A DNA stretch of 55,233 nt, from positions 1 to 55,233 of the IMG/VR virus record IMGVR_UViG_3300031951_000200; one strand, given 5' to 3'. A program made the position numbers and the translations under genes. Positions 38,173-48,296 of the stretch are shown piece by piece; the first letter of the stretch is position 1, and every line of letters begins with the position of its first letter. This DNA comes from a virus (taxonomy: Duplodnaviria; Caudoviricetes). The notes under the pieces were generated by a model. It saw only the letters and a program-made list of their open reading frames with translations. It ran no database searches and was not told the DNA's origin.

Positions 38173-39780
38173 CTACTGGGGGGCAGGGTTAGATATAGGA
38201 GTGATTCTTTTGATATTCTTGGCGGCCAACTTCGGCGTCGAAGTAACATTACCCTGTGCCGATTCTGCGGCAACAGGCTTTTTGATTTCTTCGAGGTATG
38301 CGTCCAAAACATCTCCGTAGGTTTTGCTGCTACCCGCAAACCTCGGCGAGAGTAGCAAGAGAGGGGCCGGGGTTTTTAGGATAGAAGACACTGATGGAAC
38401 CATCCCGAGTTCCTTCGCAAACTCCCGAGTCTTGAATGGCTCCAGACGTTCAGCGGGCTTAGAAAGCACATCGCCGTATTTCTTTTTGATGAACTTCTCG
38501 AACTCGCCTCGCTCGGTAACTAGGTTCTCCGGGTCAGGGATTATAACTTCATCCCTCGCCAGAGAAACACGCAGGTTGTCGGGATCATACCCCATATAGT
38601 CCGCATACTCGCGAATCCAGCCCTCCACCTTAGCCTTTTCGTCAGACCACGCTTTGCGGTATTTCTGAATCTCTGGGTACATCCGAACCTGCTTCTCAGC
38701 TTGGCTCGCCATCTCCATAAGGCGGGATTTACGATCATCGACTTCTCTGCGGCTCAAAGAGGGGTCTTTCTTCGGCTTGTCCGCAATCTGGCGCATGCGT
38801 TCAGCCGCCTTCTTCTTCACCTCGAAGGAGGTGTTTGGGTCTTGAATCGCCATCATGAAGGTATTTTCATCGGCGGCAGGATCATCCAAATCCCTGAGAA
38901 CTTCGGCTTGATCCACCTTCAATACCTCTTTGGCGTCCGTCTGGCTCTTGCTCATCGCATCTCGGAAGCTGGCCGGTGCTGGAGTTTCGGCGACGGCGAC
39001 GGCACCAGCGCCACCAGCAGCAGCCTTAACCTGCGGGAACAGCGCACGGTCCAACCCGTTCTGATACTCGGTGGAATACTGGGAATACTTGTCGAGGAGG
39101 GTCTTTCGGACGGGGTTTGGAACGTATTTACCCTCAGATTCCTCAATCTCCTCCGGCGTATTCTTGAGCGTTTCGGCCAGAATGTCCAAGCCGGACTTAA
39201 TCATCTTGAGGCGTGCATTTTCTCCACCACCGCCCAACTGATACTTCGCGGCACCAACAGCAGGCAATCCTTGGTCAACAATTCGGTAAGCCTCGTTCAC
39301 GTCCTTGATACCAGCAGCGGTTAGCTCGGCTGCTTGACGCTCTCGCTCCTCTTGACGCCGCGCCTCCACACTCTGCCTAGCCGTGTAAATGCGGTCATTG
39401 TCGTTGAAAAGAGACTGAACCCGTTGATCCAACGCGGCCATCGGGAATTGAGACTGAATCGCTCGTTTCTTTTCGAGGTAGTCGGGCTGGTCGCCAGCAA
39501 TGCCAACAAGAGCACCAACAGCTTGTTCCGCCTGCTTTGCCGCCTCTTGCTGTTGACGTAGGCGATTCGCATTCTCAAAGATGGCGTTATACTCGTTCTG
39601 GATGGCCTGAGTGCGGGCCAGTGGTCGCTGTTGACGTAGTGCCGTGATCTGGTCCTGAAAGTTGAGCTGATTTTGCACCGCAGGGTCGGCCAAAGCGCGA
39701 GTCTGCTGAAAGAGCGGCTGTGCGGGCGCTTCTTGGATGCCGAAATAGTCAGCAGGAGTGCGGAGAAAGGTGACGGGCAT
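38173..39780 (-). CDS. Putative internal virion protein
   Basis: 535 aa, helical, Q/A-rich, upstream of the giant ejection protein. Confidence 0.6.
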   Translation of the reverse strand: MPVTFLRTPADYFGIQEAPAQPLFQQTRALADPAVQNQLNFQDQITALRQQRPLARTQAIQNEYNAIFENANRLRQQQEAAKQAEQAVGALVGIAGDQPDYLEKKRAIQSQFPMAALDQRVQSLFNDNDRIYTARQSVEARRQEERERQAAELTAAGIKDVNEAYRIVDQGLPAVGAAKYQLGGGGENARLKMIKSGLDILAETLKNTPEEIEESEGKYVPNPVRKTLLDKYSQYSTEYQNGLDRALFPQVKAAAGGAGAVAVAETPAPASFRDAMSKSQTDAKEVLKVDQAEVLRDLDDPAADENTFMMAIQDPNTSFEVKKKAAERMRQIADKPKKDPSLSRREVDDRKSRLMEMASQAEKQVRMYPEIQKYRKAWSDEKAKVEGWIREYADYMGYDPDNLRVSLARDEVIIPDPENLVTERGEFEKFIKKKYGDVLSKPAERLEPFKTREFAKELGMVPSVSSILKTPAPLLLLSPRFAGSSKTYGDVLDAYLEEIKKPVAAESAQGNVTSTPKLAAKNIKRITPISNPAPQ

Positions 39781-39783
39781 AAA

Positions 39784-40479
39784 TCAGGCTTTTTTGCGGT
39801 TCATGGCCTCATAGATGAGAGCCTTCTGCTTCTCGGGACTCATCTTATCGGAGTCCTCAAAAGCAATACCACGGAACTTTTCACGGCCCAGCTCGTCCTT
39901 TTTGCCGGTTGGAAGTGCTGTGGCGAACTTATTATTCGCACCTTGGCTCGCGGCAGCTTGAGCATACCACTGCGCAGCCGGAATGCCTTCGATTGTCTTT
40001 TCCCCAGTTGCTTTTGGAAGGGCAACGCCAGTGCCATATCTGCTAGTGACAATAGCTTTTTCTGGAGTTCTTACGATGACTCCGCCGCTTGGGCGTCGAG
40101 TGATCTGTGCGTTTTGCAAATCTTGCCTAGCCGCCAATTCTTCCTCTTTTTTGCGCTCTTCGTATGGAACTCTATCGTAAAGATTATCTTCGCTGTAGTA
40201 TTTATGTAAATGCTTTCCTAGATTTGGGAAAAAGGCTCCATACGCATCGTGTAGATTAGAACGATGTAAGCTCATACTTAGTTCATCAGCCACTTTGGTC
40301 ACGTCATTCGGAGCATAAGACCTCAATCCCTGCTCCTCTTGCTCGCGTTTGCGTCCAGCTACGGCAGCGGAAGCCTCTGCGTAAGCGCGCTTGCGTCCGC
40401 TCATGTCGAGCAATCGGTCGAGGATGTTTGATGAATTGGTGCTTGGAACGTTGGAGCTGTCTAGATTTGGAGATGACAT
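39784..40479 (-). CDS. Putative internal virion protein
   Basis: Position in structural operon. Confidence 0.55.
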   Translation of the reverse strand: MSSPNLDSSNVPSTNSSNILDRLLDMSGRKRAYAEASAAVAGRKREQEEQGLRSYAPNDVTKVADELSMSLHRSNLHDAYGAFFPNLGKHLHKYYSEDNLYDRVPYEERKKEEELAARQDLQNAQITRRPSGGVIVRTPEKAIVTSRYGTGVALPKATGEKTIEGIPAAQWYAQAAASQGANNKFATALPTGKKDELGREKFRGIAFEDSDKMSPEKQKALIYEAMNRKKA

Positions 40480-40481
40480 AA

Positions 40482-41006
40482 TTAGCGGTTCTGGTTGGAA
40501 TTGTTGAATAATCCTCCAAGGACTCGAAATGGAGCCTTAGCCATTCCGAAGAAACCTGAGAGGGCTGGATTTTTGTTGCCCATAAACGAGTTCGTGACCG
40601 CGTTCGTTCCTGCACTTGAGGTATTACCGAGGTATCCACCCTGCGGAGGCGTTCCTGCTTCTTTGGACTGAGTGGAGAGAGTGTCTAGCTCATCCTCCTG
40701 TGGCCCCATGAGGTTGCTGCGAATCATCCCAAGTTGGAGGCGCTGCATCGGGTCGCGAGTGCGGCGGAAAGCCTGTTCAGCGAGTCGAGTAGGGTCCATT
40801 GAGGAGCGCCCCACCTTTGTAGCCGGACGCTGGGAAATAGCCAAAGAACCGGGGTCTGCGATTTGACGGGTTTTGAATGCCGCGCTGCCCGGACCTTGAT
40901 CGCGATCTTTATTCAGCATGTCTAGCTGCGATGGACGAGAAGCACCAGCCTGCGCCCTCTGGAGGCTGCTGCCGCTAAAACTGTTCATGGGAGACGGTGT
41001 AGCCAT
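40482..41006 (-). CDS. Putative internal virion protein
   Basis: Low-complexity S/G/Q-rich; operon position. Confidence 0.55.
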   Translation of the reverse strand: MATPSPMNSFSGSSLQRAQAGASRPSQLDMLNKDRDQGPGSAAFKTRQIADPGSLAISQRPATKVGRSSMDPTRLAEQAFRRTRDPMQRLQLGMIRSNLMGPQEDELDTLSTQSKEAGTPPQGGYLGNTSSAGTNAVTNSFMGNKNPALSGFFGMAKAPFRVLGGLFNNSNQNR

Positions 41007-41009
41007 AGA

Positions 41010-41969
41010 TCAATGGGTCTGGAGAGTTGAGCCTGCGGATTGAGGGAAATGAAAGGGCATCGTCGGGCGAATTGCTCCCCGATTTTGTTTTAGCCCTTGG
41101 TTGAGGATTTCGTAGCACTTGGCCCAGCGTTGGTCGGCCTGAGCCTCCTCGTAAGCTCCTTGGTCCTCTAGGCGAACGGCAATCAGGGCGTGCTTTAGAG
41201 CGCCGATGTTGTCAGGCCAGATGAGGTCAGTTTCAGCTACGGCTGGCACAAAACGACGCTTACAGATGCAGCGCAGCCACGGCTTGCCGTCCTCGCGGGC
41301 AACCATCGTTCCGGTCTTGTAGCGGCGGTAGATTGGATTCGTCTCGCTAGGCTCGTAAACCGAAAGGACAGTCGGAGTGCCACTTGTCACCGAGGAAATG
41401 GTTACAGTGCCCTTGGTGCGAGGCTTGACGATCTGCGTGATGAAGATTTCGTCCGTTCCGGTGACGGTCGGATTAGCCAGAGTCAGGTTCTTTCCAGCCA
41501 GTCCATCGCTGTCAAAAAGCTCGTCTCCGCCTGCGTCATAGCCGTAAATGCGGCAAATCAGGCCAGCATCGTCTGGATTCGAGATGGTCAGACGGATAAG
41601 TCCAGCTTCCTCTTGGACCTCCTGAGTGCATACGTCCGATTGGTCGATGATGGTCTTGAGGTCGATGTCAGTATCATCAAAATACCCCGGCCCCGAGGTC
41701 ATGAACTCGATCATCCGGGGATAAACGCCAGTCGGGTAATTGACTCGGGTGACGCCGATAATGGACTCCCAACGGCGAGGAAGGGTAATGTAGCCGGTAG
41801 GGGCTTGAAAATCGACCCTTCCGTAAGAGTTCTTCCAATTCCCTGAGTTGATAATGCGCTCACACGCTTGGTTCAAATACGGCAAAAACTGCCCCGTCGT
41901 AGGGTCGGACGGGTCAACTTGCGCATAAAGTGCGGCTCTCGCGTCCGCTACGGTGAGTCCAGTGCTCAT
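41010..41969 (-). CDS. Putative head-tail adaptor / tail tubular protein
   Basis: LTVADAR...YLNQACERI...G.ITLP, typical of the adaptor/tubular A N-terminus. Confidence 0.6.
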   Translation of the reverse strand: MSTGLTVADARAALYAQVDPSDPTTGQFLPYLNQACERIINSGNWKNSYGRVDFQAPTGYITLPRRWESIIGVTRVNYPTGVYPRMIEFMTSGPGYFDDTDIDLKTIIDQSDVCTQEVQEEAGLIRLTISNPDDAGLICRIYGYDAGGDELFDSDGLAGKNLTLANPTVTGTDEIFITQIVKPRTKGTVTISSVTSGTPTVLSVYEPSETNPIYRRYKTGTMVAREDGKPWLRCICKRRFVPAVAETDLIWPDNIGALKHALIAVRLEDQGAYEEAQADQRWAKCYEILNQGLKQNRGAIRPTMPFHFPQSAGSTLQTH

Positions 41970-41994
41970 TTGGACTCGATTCTAATGCCTAGAA

Positions 41995-42792
41995 TCAGGC
42001 TGGCAAGAACGATTTAAACCGAATAGAACAGGCAAATGGAACCATTTCCATGCAGCAGAACACGTCTTCGTATTCGCCATCCTCTGCTGGGTGCCAGAGG
42101 CCATCAATCAGGTTGAATTTGGGCGTCTGGAGGAACTTCGTTACGTATGGGAAATGAACTTCTTCTGGAAGCACTTCTTTTTGTATTGTTCCGATCTGCG
42201 CCCCCTCTTTACGCCTCCAAAAGCCACGAAAATCCCCCCGTTTTCTATCTTCAATATAATCAGATATTGCACTGTTCGTGTCTTTTAGGCTTGAAAAGAT
42301 TGTCATCTGAAAAAACTTTTCGTTCAGCCCGCGTCCCGCCAAGCTCATTGATTGAAAGATGAAATCTAATATCTCTGGATTTAGGGCGCGTCCCATATCC
42401 ATAACTGGAGTGAGCGTTTTTGAGCCTTCTTGTATAATCTGAAGCGATGGGTTGGCCACATACTGTCTCAATAAATAATACTCAAGGCCATTGATGGTGA
42501 CTAGCGGCGGCTTAACATCCCAATTCAAGCGTGGATCATTAATGCTGATTCGCTCAACCCAGTTTGGTCCCATGCTGACGCTTTCAGGGTTTGGTCTAGT
42601 TCGACGAATCTTTTGGAGAGCCTTATCTAAAGAGCAGATAGCGTCTGCCATACTGTCCCTAAGCTCTGGAAAGTAAGGCCACGGATTCCATGTATGCTCA
42701 CCATCCGTTAGGGAGTGATACTTGTCCAAGTCGTCGGAGGCGCTTTGAATTACCTCCATGAGTTTTTGGGCCTGATTTTCTTGTTTATCCAT
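41995..42792 (-). CDS. Hypothetical protein (AT-richer insertion)
   Basis: 265-aa ORF. Confidence 0.6.
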   Translation of the reverse strand: MDKQENQAQKLMEVIQSASDDLDKYHSLTDGEHTWNPWPYFPELRDSMADAICSLDKALQKIRRTRPNPESVSMGPNWVERISINDPRLNWDVKPPLVTINGLEYYLLRQYVANPSLQIIQEGSKTLTPVMDMGRALNPEILDFIFQSMSLAGRGLNEKFFQMTIFSSLKDTNSAISDYIEDRKRGDFRGFWRRKEGAQIGTIQKEVLPEEVHFPYVTKFLQTPKFNLIDGLWHPAEDGEYEDVFCCMEMVPFACSIRFKSFLPA

Positions 42793-42831
42793 AGAAATGA
42801 GAGGGCAATCGGGAATTTTAGGGTTTGTCCA

Positions 42832-43617
42832 CTACTGAATAACTGGAAATTGTTCAGCAGCATCGCCTTTTTCGCGCCATCGGACAAACTTGGCCTTACC
42901 TCCGCGCCTAGCGATGTTCCAAGCCTTGATGCAAAGTGCCATCATATACGGCTTAGTCAGCTTTGCTTTTGACAGCGAGTTAGCAACAAGCCTTTCTCGC
43001 AATACATACCAAGGACTTTCCTCTTCCAGACCGGTTCCGTTCAAAACTTTTTCCACAAACTCCTCTGCGAGGGCTGGGTCTTTGCGACTGAATAGATAGT
43101 GGCAGGCATCTAACACGGATGGAAGTATCAAGCCCTTGGTTTTAAACGATGTTTGCACTGAATTTCGCGCCTCTGAATACTTCTCCAAAAGCTCCTCGAC
43201 CTCCGTGTTTGAATAAGCGATGGACAGGTCAGACCTTCCCGTAAAGTATTTGTCGATCTGAACTAGAGCCGCCGCAAGTCGGTGAGAATTTTGCTCGCCA
43301 CGGACACTCAAGGTATCGCCTGCTCCACGGCGTTTGCCCACATCTTTTGTGTCAAAGACATCCGAAGACAATCCATCAATCACGAATGATTGAATGGTCA
43401 CGCCGGAAAGAACCACAGCAGCTAGACGATGCTGGCCGTCAATAAGTCTGCTTTCATTCAAACAGATGGTGTCACCGTTGACCTTCCATTTGCCGCGCTT
43501 CATCTCTTTTGCCAAAACGGCTACGTGATGCTTGTTCATCGCGCGGTTGCCCACGTTTTTCTCGTCGAGAATCTTCTGCGCCCATTCAGGCGTAATTGTC
43601 ATTATGGTTGCTTTCAT
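42832..43617 (-). CDS. ParB/DGQHR-like domain protein
   Basis: ITPEWA..IL...NR...MKRGKW...LIDGQHRLAAV. Confidence 0.75.
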   Translation of the reverse strand: MKATIMTITPEWAQKILDEKNVGNRAMNKHHVAVLAKEMKRGKWKVNGDTICLNESRLIDGQHRLAAVVLSGVTIQSFVIDGLSSDVFDTKDVGKRRGAGDTLSVRGEQNSHRLAAALVQIDKYFTGRSDLSIAYSNTEVEELLEKYSEARNSVQTSFKTKGLILPSVLDACHYLFSRKDPALAEEFVEKVLNGTGLEEESPWYVLRERLVANSLSKAKLTKPYMMALCIKAWNIARRGGKAKFVRWREKGDAAEQFPVIQ

Positions 43618-43655
43618 AGTGTATTAAATGGCCGTGTTGACAGCCTCATATCTCA

Positions 43656-43684
43656 ACCTTACGCCAATCCCACCTCAAGATCAA
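43656..43684 (-). promoter_or_regulatory. Promoter, CGTAAGGT class
   Basis: TTGATC-N17-TAAGGT on the minus strand. Confidence 0.7.
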
Positions 43685-43721
43685 GTCTTGCCTTACGTTA
43701 ATTCGCACATACGATGCCTGA

Positions 43722-45530
43722 ATGACCAAAGCGCCTCCAAAATCCAACGTTGTCCAGTTCTCCAAAGGGCCGCTGAACGTATGGGGCTTTCGAGAAAATC
43801 TAGGAGCTAAAAACCAGCTCCAAGTCGAGCTTTTGCTGATGCAGCTTCGGTTTGGTTCTCAGCGCCACCGAGACGGTTCAAAGAACGAGAAAGGACTACC
43901 CGCATGGCGGCACTTCATGAACGCCGTGGAGTTGATCTGGAACTACAAGGATTCGCCTACGCCGTTCATCTGGCATCCGTGGGCCATTCAATACGCTAAG
44001 GACGCTTTCAAGCACAAACGCTACGCCGTCACGTCTGGCGGCTCTGGCGGCAAGACCGAGTTCTTCGCGGTCTATGCCCTCGTCTGGTGGCTGGCTAATC
44101 CGTTTGCGAACGTGATTCTGGTGAACACCACGACCATCAAGGACGCGGACGGGCGCATTTGGGGGAGTATCACGAAGTTCTTCTCAGGGATGATAGCGCC
44201 ACCTCCCGGCAAGCTGATTTCATCCGGCCACTGCATCAAGTCGGTGGACACGAAAACGGGCCAGACTCTCGACAAGTTCGGCATTCGCCTGTTCGCCTGC
44301 GAGAAGTCCAAGGAGGCAGAGTCTAGCCGCGCCATTCGAGGTCAGAAGCACGGCCCCGGTGGTAAGATCATCGTGATTATGGATGAGGCTGCGGAGCTTG
44401 GTGTCGCCATCCGCAATGCCTTCGAGGAAAACTTGACGCAGAACCCGAACTATCAGCTCATCGCCTTGGCAAACGCCAATACGCCGTTCGACAACTTTGG
44501 GGAAATCTGCAAGCCGAAGGACGGAGGCTGGGAGAAATACGACCCGGCATGGGATTCGTGGGAAGGTGAGGGCGCGTTCGTTCGCCGTGTGAACATCGAA
44601 ACTTCACCGAACATCATTTACGGTCGGACGATCTACTCGTTCCTGATGACGAGGGAGGCGCTTAAAGACAAACGAGAGCGTCTAGGCATGAACTCCCGCG
44701 CATACTGGCGAGGCGTGCTAGGAGCCTTCCTTCTGGATGGCGATGACGAAACGATCTACTCGCCCGGTGAACTCCTTCGCGTGCCTGCCGATTGCGTCTG
44801 GCAAGGCGTGCCTACAAAGGTAGCTGGCTTTGACATCTCGCACACGACGGGCGGGGATAAGTCTGTGCTCACCATCGGGTCTATTGGCCTGTGCGTTGAC
44901 GGCAAGAAGCGCCTACGTTTTGAGAAGCACATCGAGCTAGATGAGGACGTGACGCGCAAGGACGTGGACCGCACGACGCAGATGGTAGAGAAGCTGAAAG
45001 AGATTTGTCAGCGGGAGGGAATTGCTATAAGTAATCTCGGAGTTGATAGCAGTGCGGGTGGTGGCAAGACTTTCTCCGATGCCATTTGGTCGAAGTGGTC
45101 GAATGGGTTCCTTCGCGTGGACTTTGGGGGTAAGGCTTCCGATAGGCCAGTGTCCGCTGCTGACCGCGAGAAATCCAGCGTTCGATTCGCGTCAAAAGTT
45201 AGCGAAATTTGGAGCGTGGGCAAAGAACTCATTCGCTGCGATCAACTGCGCAACATCACGAAGGAAATGGCGGAGGATTTAGTCTCTCGCAAATACAAGG
45301 ATACCAAGGCGCAGGATGGTGGATCACGCATCAGGGTTGAGTCCAAGGTGGATATGAAGAAGCGCATTGGACGCTCGCCTGACGTTGGAGACTCGGCATT
45401 TATCCTCGTTGACCTTTGCCGCGAACGGCACGGCCTAAGCAGCATCGACAAGCCGGGGAACTACGGCAGCAAGCAGACGAATCCGCTAAAGAAACGGTTC
45501 ATGGGGCTGGCGGAGTTGTTTGCGGCTTAA
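43722..45530 (+). CDS. terL: Terminase large subunit
   Basis: Walker A SGGSGGKT, Walker B IVIMDEAAE, ALAN coupling motif, RNase H FDIS..GGD...SPDVGDS. Confidence 0.9.
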   Translation: MTKAPPKSNVVQFSKGPLNVWGFRENLGAKNQLQVELLLMQLRFGSQRHRDGSKNEKGLPAWRHFMNAVELIWNYKDSPTPFIWHPWAIQYAKDAFKHKRYAVTSGGSGGKTEFFAVYALVWWLANPFANVILVNTTTIKDADGRIWGSITKFFSGMIAPPPGKLISSGHCIKSVDTKTGQTLDKFGIRLFACEKSKEAESSRAIRGQKHGPGGKIIVIMDEAAELGVAIRNAFEENLTQNPNYQLIALANANTPFDNFGEICKPKDGGWEKYDPAWDSWEGEGAFVRRVNIETSPNIIYGRTIYSFLMTREALKDKRERLGMNSRAYWRGVLGAFLLDGDDETIYSPGELLRVPADCVWQGVPTKVAGFDISHTTGGDKSVLTIGSIGLCVDGKKRLRFEKHIELDEDVTRKDVDRTTQMVEKLKEICQREGIAISNLGVDSSAGGGKTFSDAIWSKWSNGFLRVDFGGKASDRPVSAADREKSSVRFASKVSEIWSVGKELIRCDQLRNITKEMAEDLVSRKYKDTKAQDGGSRIRVESKVDMKKRIGRSPDVGDSAFILVDLCRERHGLSSIDKPGNYGSKQTNPLKKRFMGLAELFAA

Positions 45531-45637
45531 TTCAAGGAACGAAAGGAATCCCCATACGGCGGAGGGCTTCTTCGAGGCTGGCTTGAAGGTCTTCACAAAG
45601 TCATTGACTGAAGAAAGTAGTTGTTGTAACAACAATC

Positions 45638-46147
45638 ATGTCCCTACAAATCACACACGAAGCTATCAGGTTCTTTTGGAGTAAAAATAATGTTGGCCCG
45701 TTGCCCGATCAAAAGAATGTTCACTACCAAGGTTTAGATAAATGCTGGCTATGGAGCGGCAGCTTGGCTCCTGACGGATATGGCAAAGTGAAAATCAAAG
45801 ATAAACACACAAGTGCCCATAGGTTATCGTGGGTGATTCATAATGGAGAAATTCCCAGCGGAATGCAGGTTTTGCATAAATGCGACAATCGCTCATGCGT
45901 AAATCCGAATCATTTGGTTCTTGGAACAAATGCCGAGAATACCGCTGATAGGGTAAGAAAAGGAAGATCAAATCCAGCTAAAGGAAATCAACTGCCACAA
46001 TCGAAGCTGGATGAGTGTAAGGTTAGGCAAATTCGAGAGATGAGCCGGGTTGGGATGCCGCAATCCAAAATCGCCGCTTATTTTGACATGTGCCAGCAAG
46101 CAATTGCTAATGTGGTTTCGAGAAAAGCGTGGGCGCATATTAAGTAG
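45638..46147 (+). CDS. HNH endonuclease (HNH_3-type) with C-terminal HTH
   Basis: CWLWSG...GYG...AHRLSW...VLHKCDNRSCVNPNHL..GT..EN. Confidence 0.9.
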   Translation: MSLQITHEAIRFFWSKNNVGPLPDQKNVHYQGLDKCWLWSGSLAPDGYGKVKIKDKHTSAHRLSWVIHNGEIPSGMQVLHKCDNRSCVNPNHLVLGTNAENTADRVRKGRSNPAKGNQLPQSKLDECKVRQIREMSRVGMPQSKIAAYFDMCQQAIANVVSRKAWAHIK

Positions 46148-46149
46148 CC

Positions 46150-46758
46150 TTACAGCAACTCTACCAAGACCTGCTTGTGAAGCACGTCTCTTCCAACGAC
46201 CCGATATTGGCAGTCGGTCTTTTCTAACCATTCAGAGAATGCCCCGAACTCATGATCCTCAAATCCTGAGTAATTGTAGAACTCATCGAACAGAAGCATT
46301 GGTTTTTTCTCGATGATCTTGTCCGAGAGAAGGCTAAGGACCGTTCTTGTTGAACTGCCCAAGTCACAATCAATGTGGACCCCTCTGAGCGCATCCAGCG
46401 ATGCGTCACCAATAAAGGTGGGCAGAGTGTCATCAAAAAGGCCGATGTGAAGCTCAACATTTGGATGAAACTTGATCTTTTTGTGATTGCACTTAAAGCG
46501 GCCCTTTTCGACCCTACCCCAGTTCTCAGGTAGGCCGTTAAAAGAGTCGAATCCGTGAAACTTGGTTCTTGGGCGCATTGCCGCCATGCAATTTATTGAC
46601 CTTCCGGTAGCTACGCCAAACTCCAAGCAAACGTCGAGTGGCTTGATATAGGAAAGGTATGCGTGCCAAAGCTCTTGCTTTGAGTGGCATTGAAGCTCGC
46701 AGTTCATGACTCTATTCAAGAGTTCATGCCGTATGGTCAAAATGTTTTTTGGCTGCAT
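46150..46758 (-). CDS. TylF/MycF-like O-methyltransferase
   Basis: LEFGVATGRS, GFDSF.GLP, GLFDDTLP, HIDCDL, FDE; start may be 46707. Confidence 0.85.
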   Translation of the reverse strand: MQPKNILTIRHELLNRVMNCELQCHSKQELWHAYLSYIKPLDVCLEFGVATGRSINCMAAMRPRTKFHGFDSFNGLPENWGRVEKGRFKCNHKKIKFHPNVELHIGLFDDTLPTFIGDASLDALRGVHIDCDLGSSTRTVLSLLSDKIIEKKPMLLFDEFYNYSGFEDHEFGAFSEWLEKTDCQYRVVGRDVLHKQVLVELL

Positions 46759-47731
46759 GGTAAGTGTTGATTAGTTTCTCTGCTGCTCCGCCCCATTGAG
46801 ATTGTCTTGATAGCCACCAGTTTATCCACTTTGATCTAGCCCTCTTATCAACAACCGGCTTAACAAGCGGTGAATGCCATTCGACAGGCTCTTGGAAAAC
46901 ATTAAGAGCGTTGAACCAAGACTGCCCAGTGGCTATTACGGGGCGTCCAGTTAGAACCATTAGATGAGAAACTGACGAGCAAATAATGACGTGATACTGA
47001 CACCCAGCCAGCATATTCCAGTTGGCATTTTTGTCATAGAACGCCCTCTCATTACTTCCAGATACCTTTGGTTTATCGCACACCAACTGAATACCCGGAT
47101 CAACGTGCGGAATGGTCTGTTTGTAGATTTCGGAATGATTGACGATTCCCATCTTGACCACTGGCTCAAGTCCAATCTGCCTGATTTTCGCGCAAACCAA
47201 ATTCAGCCATTCATGCTGCTGCATGACACCAAGCTCGGGCCTGAGCAATTTGGTGTTCCACTGCATCCATACGCCAACCTTGCCAAAGTATCTTGATCCA
47301 TCAGCCGTGGCTATTTTTTCCAAACAATGTGATCTGAATTGGCGAATGTATTTGGGTGCCTTTAGCCAGTCCACTTTGTCTGGAAGACTGGCCCACTCAT
47401 CGTGAATACCAGAAGACAAGTCTGTCCTGCGATAAAAGTCAAACATGCAGGTCTTGTAGTGATCCAAGTATCCAAAATCAGTGCTTAGAACTGGGATTCC
47501 AGCCTGAATTGCCAGCTTAATCCAAGGCAAGCTACCGTCTGCAAACAGCCTCCCGTGTTCATTCCTGTGAATCAGGGCGGAATACCCATCGGTTATAGCC
47601 CTATGAACTACGCCGTCTTTGTTTTCATCGCTCCATAAATCTACCTGCAATCCAGATGATGAACACGAATCCATCACCATCTTGATTTTAGAGGCGTAGT
47701 TCTCTTTTGAATTTACGAACAAGAACTTCAT
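46724..47731 (-). CDS. Capsule-biosynthesis-like (KpsS/KpsC-like) GT-B glycosyltransferase
   Basis: VIICSSVSHLMVLTGRPVIATGQSWF resembles the KpsS-type T.NSTVG..A...GKPV..G motif. Confidence 0.55.
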   Translation of the reverse strand: MKFLFVNSKENYASKIKMVMDSCSSSGLQVDLWSDENKDGVVHRAITDGYSALIHRNEHGRLFADGSLPWIKLAIQAGIPVLSTDFGYLDHYKTCMFDFYRRTDLSSGIHDEWASLPDKVDWLKAPKYIRQFRSHCLEKIATADGSRYFGKVGVWMQWNTKLLRPELGVMQQHEWLNLVCAKIRQIGLEPVVKMGIVNHSEIYKQTIPHVDPGIQLVCDKPKVSGSNERAFYDKNANWNMLAGCQYHVIICSSVSHLMVLTGRPVIATGQSWFNALNVFQEPVEWHSPLVKPVVDKRARSKWINWWLSRQSQWGGAAEKLINTYHAAKKHFDHTA

Positions 47732-47732
47732 A

Positions 47733-48296
47733 TCAAGGCCCCGGAGACGGGCTTGGTGATGCGCTGGCCGATGGGCTTGCTGACATACTTGGAGATATGG
47801 ACGGAGACACACTCATCGACAACGATGGGCTAATAGAGGCCGAAGAACTTGCAGATGATGAAATGGAAGCGGTCGGAGAAATGCTCGGAGAGATAGACGC
47901 TGAGGTTGATGCTGAGATCGAAACCGATGTAGAGATTGAAACAGATGGCGATGCTGATGTGGATGGAGATGTTGAAGCCGATGTGGATGGAGATGCCGAC
48001 GTAGAAGGAGGGGCTACCGGATTCGTCTCACTCACATTGCTAACCTGCGCCGTATAACTAGCCCCTCCAAACGAGAAGGTCATGTAGGTGCCAGCTCGAA
48101 TCGGCACCACCTGCAACGAAGGCGTCGCATCAAACGAGTTATCAATCCTCACCACCGGCCTAGCCTGCTGTCGAATAGTAACTTGGTCAGACCCACGCTG
48201 GCGGTTCGCAATCAAGCCTCCGACTCCGTATTCCTTGGGAGCGGACTGATACGGGCTGGCATCGGGGCCATACGTGCCGTTTGCGGTCGTAATCAT
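47733..48296 (-). CDS. Virion/tail protein with a ~75-aa Ser-rich repeat tail
   Basis: C-terminal SASPSTSASTSPSTSASPSVSISTSVSISAS...SPSPSPGP; ATGA overlap at 48296. Confidence 0.7.
   Translation of the reverse strand: MITTANGTYGPDASPYQSAPKEYGVGGLIANRQRGSDQVTIRQQARPVVRIDNSFDATPSLQVVPIRAGTYMTFSFGGASYTAQVSNVSETNPVAPPSTSASPSTSASTSPSTSASPSVSISTSVSISASTSASISPSISPTASISSSASSSASISPSLSMSVSPSISPSMSASPSASASPSPSPGP

Noticed and set aside
27185-39780. Many 60-200 aa ORFs opposite or within the giant and virion genes
   Set aside because: Shadow ORFs of long GC-rich coding frames; no motifs
47707-48057. Acidic D/E/G/A-repeat ORF on the + strand
   Set aside because: Antisense shadow of the Ser-repeat codons; the minus-strand gene is coupled to its neighbours
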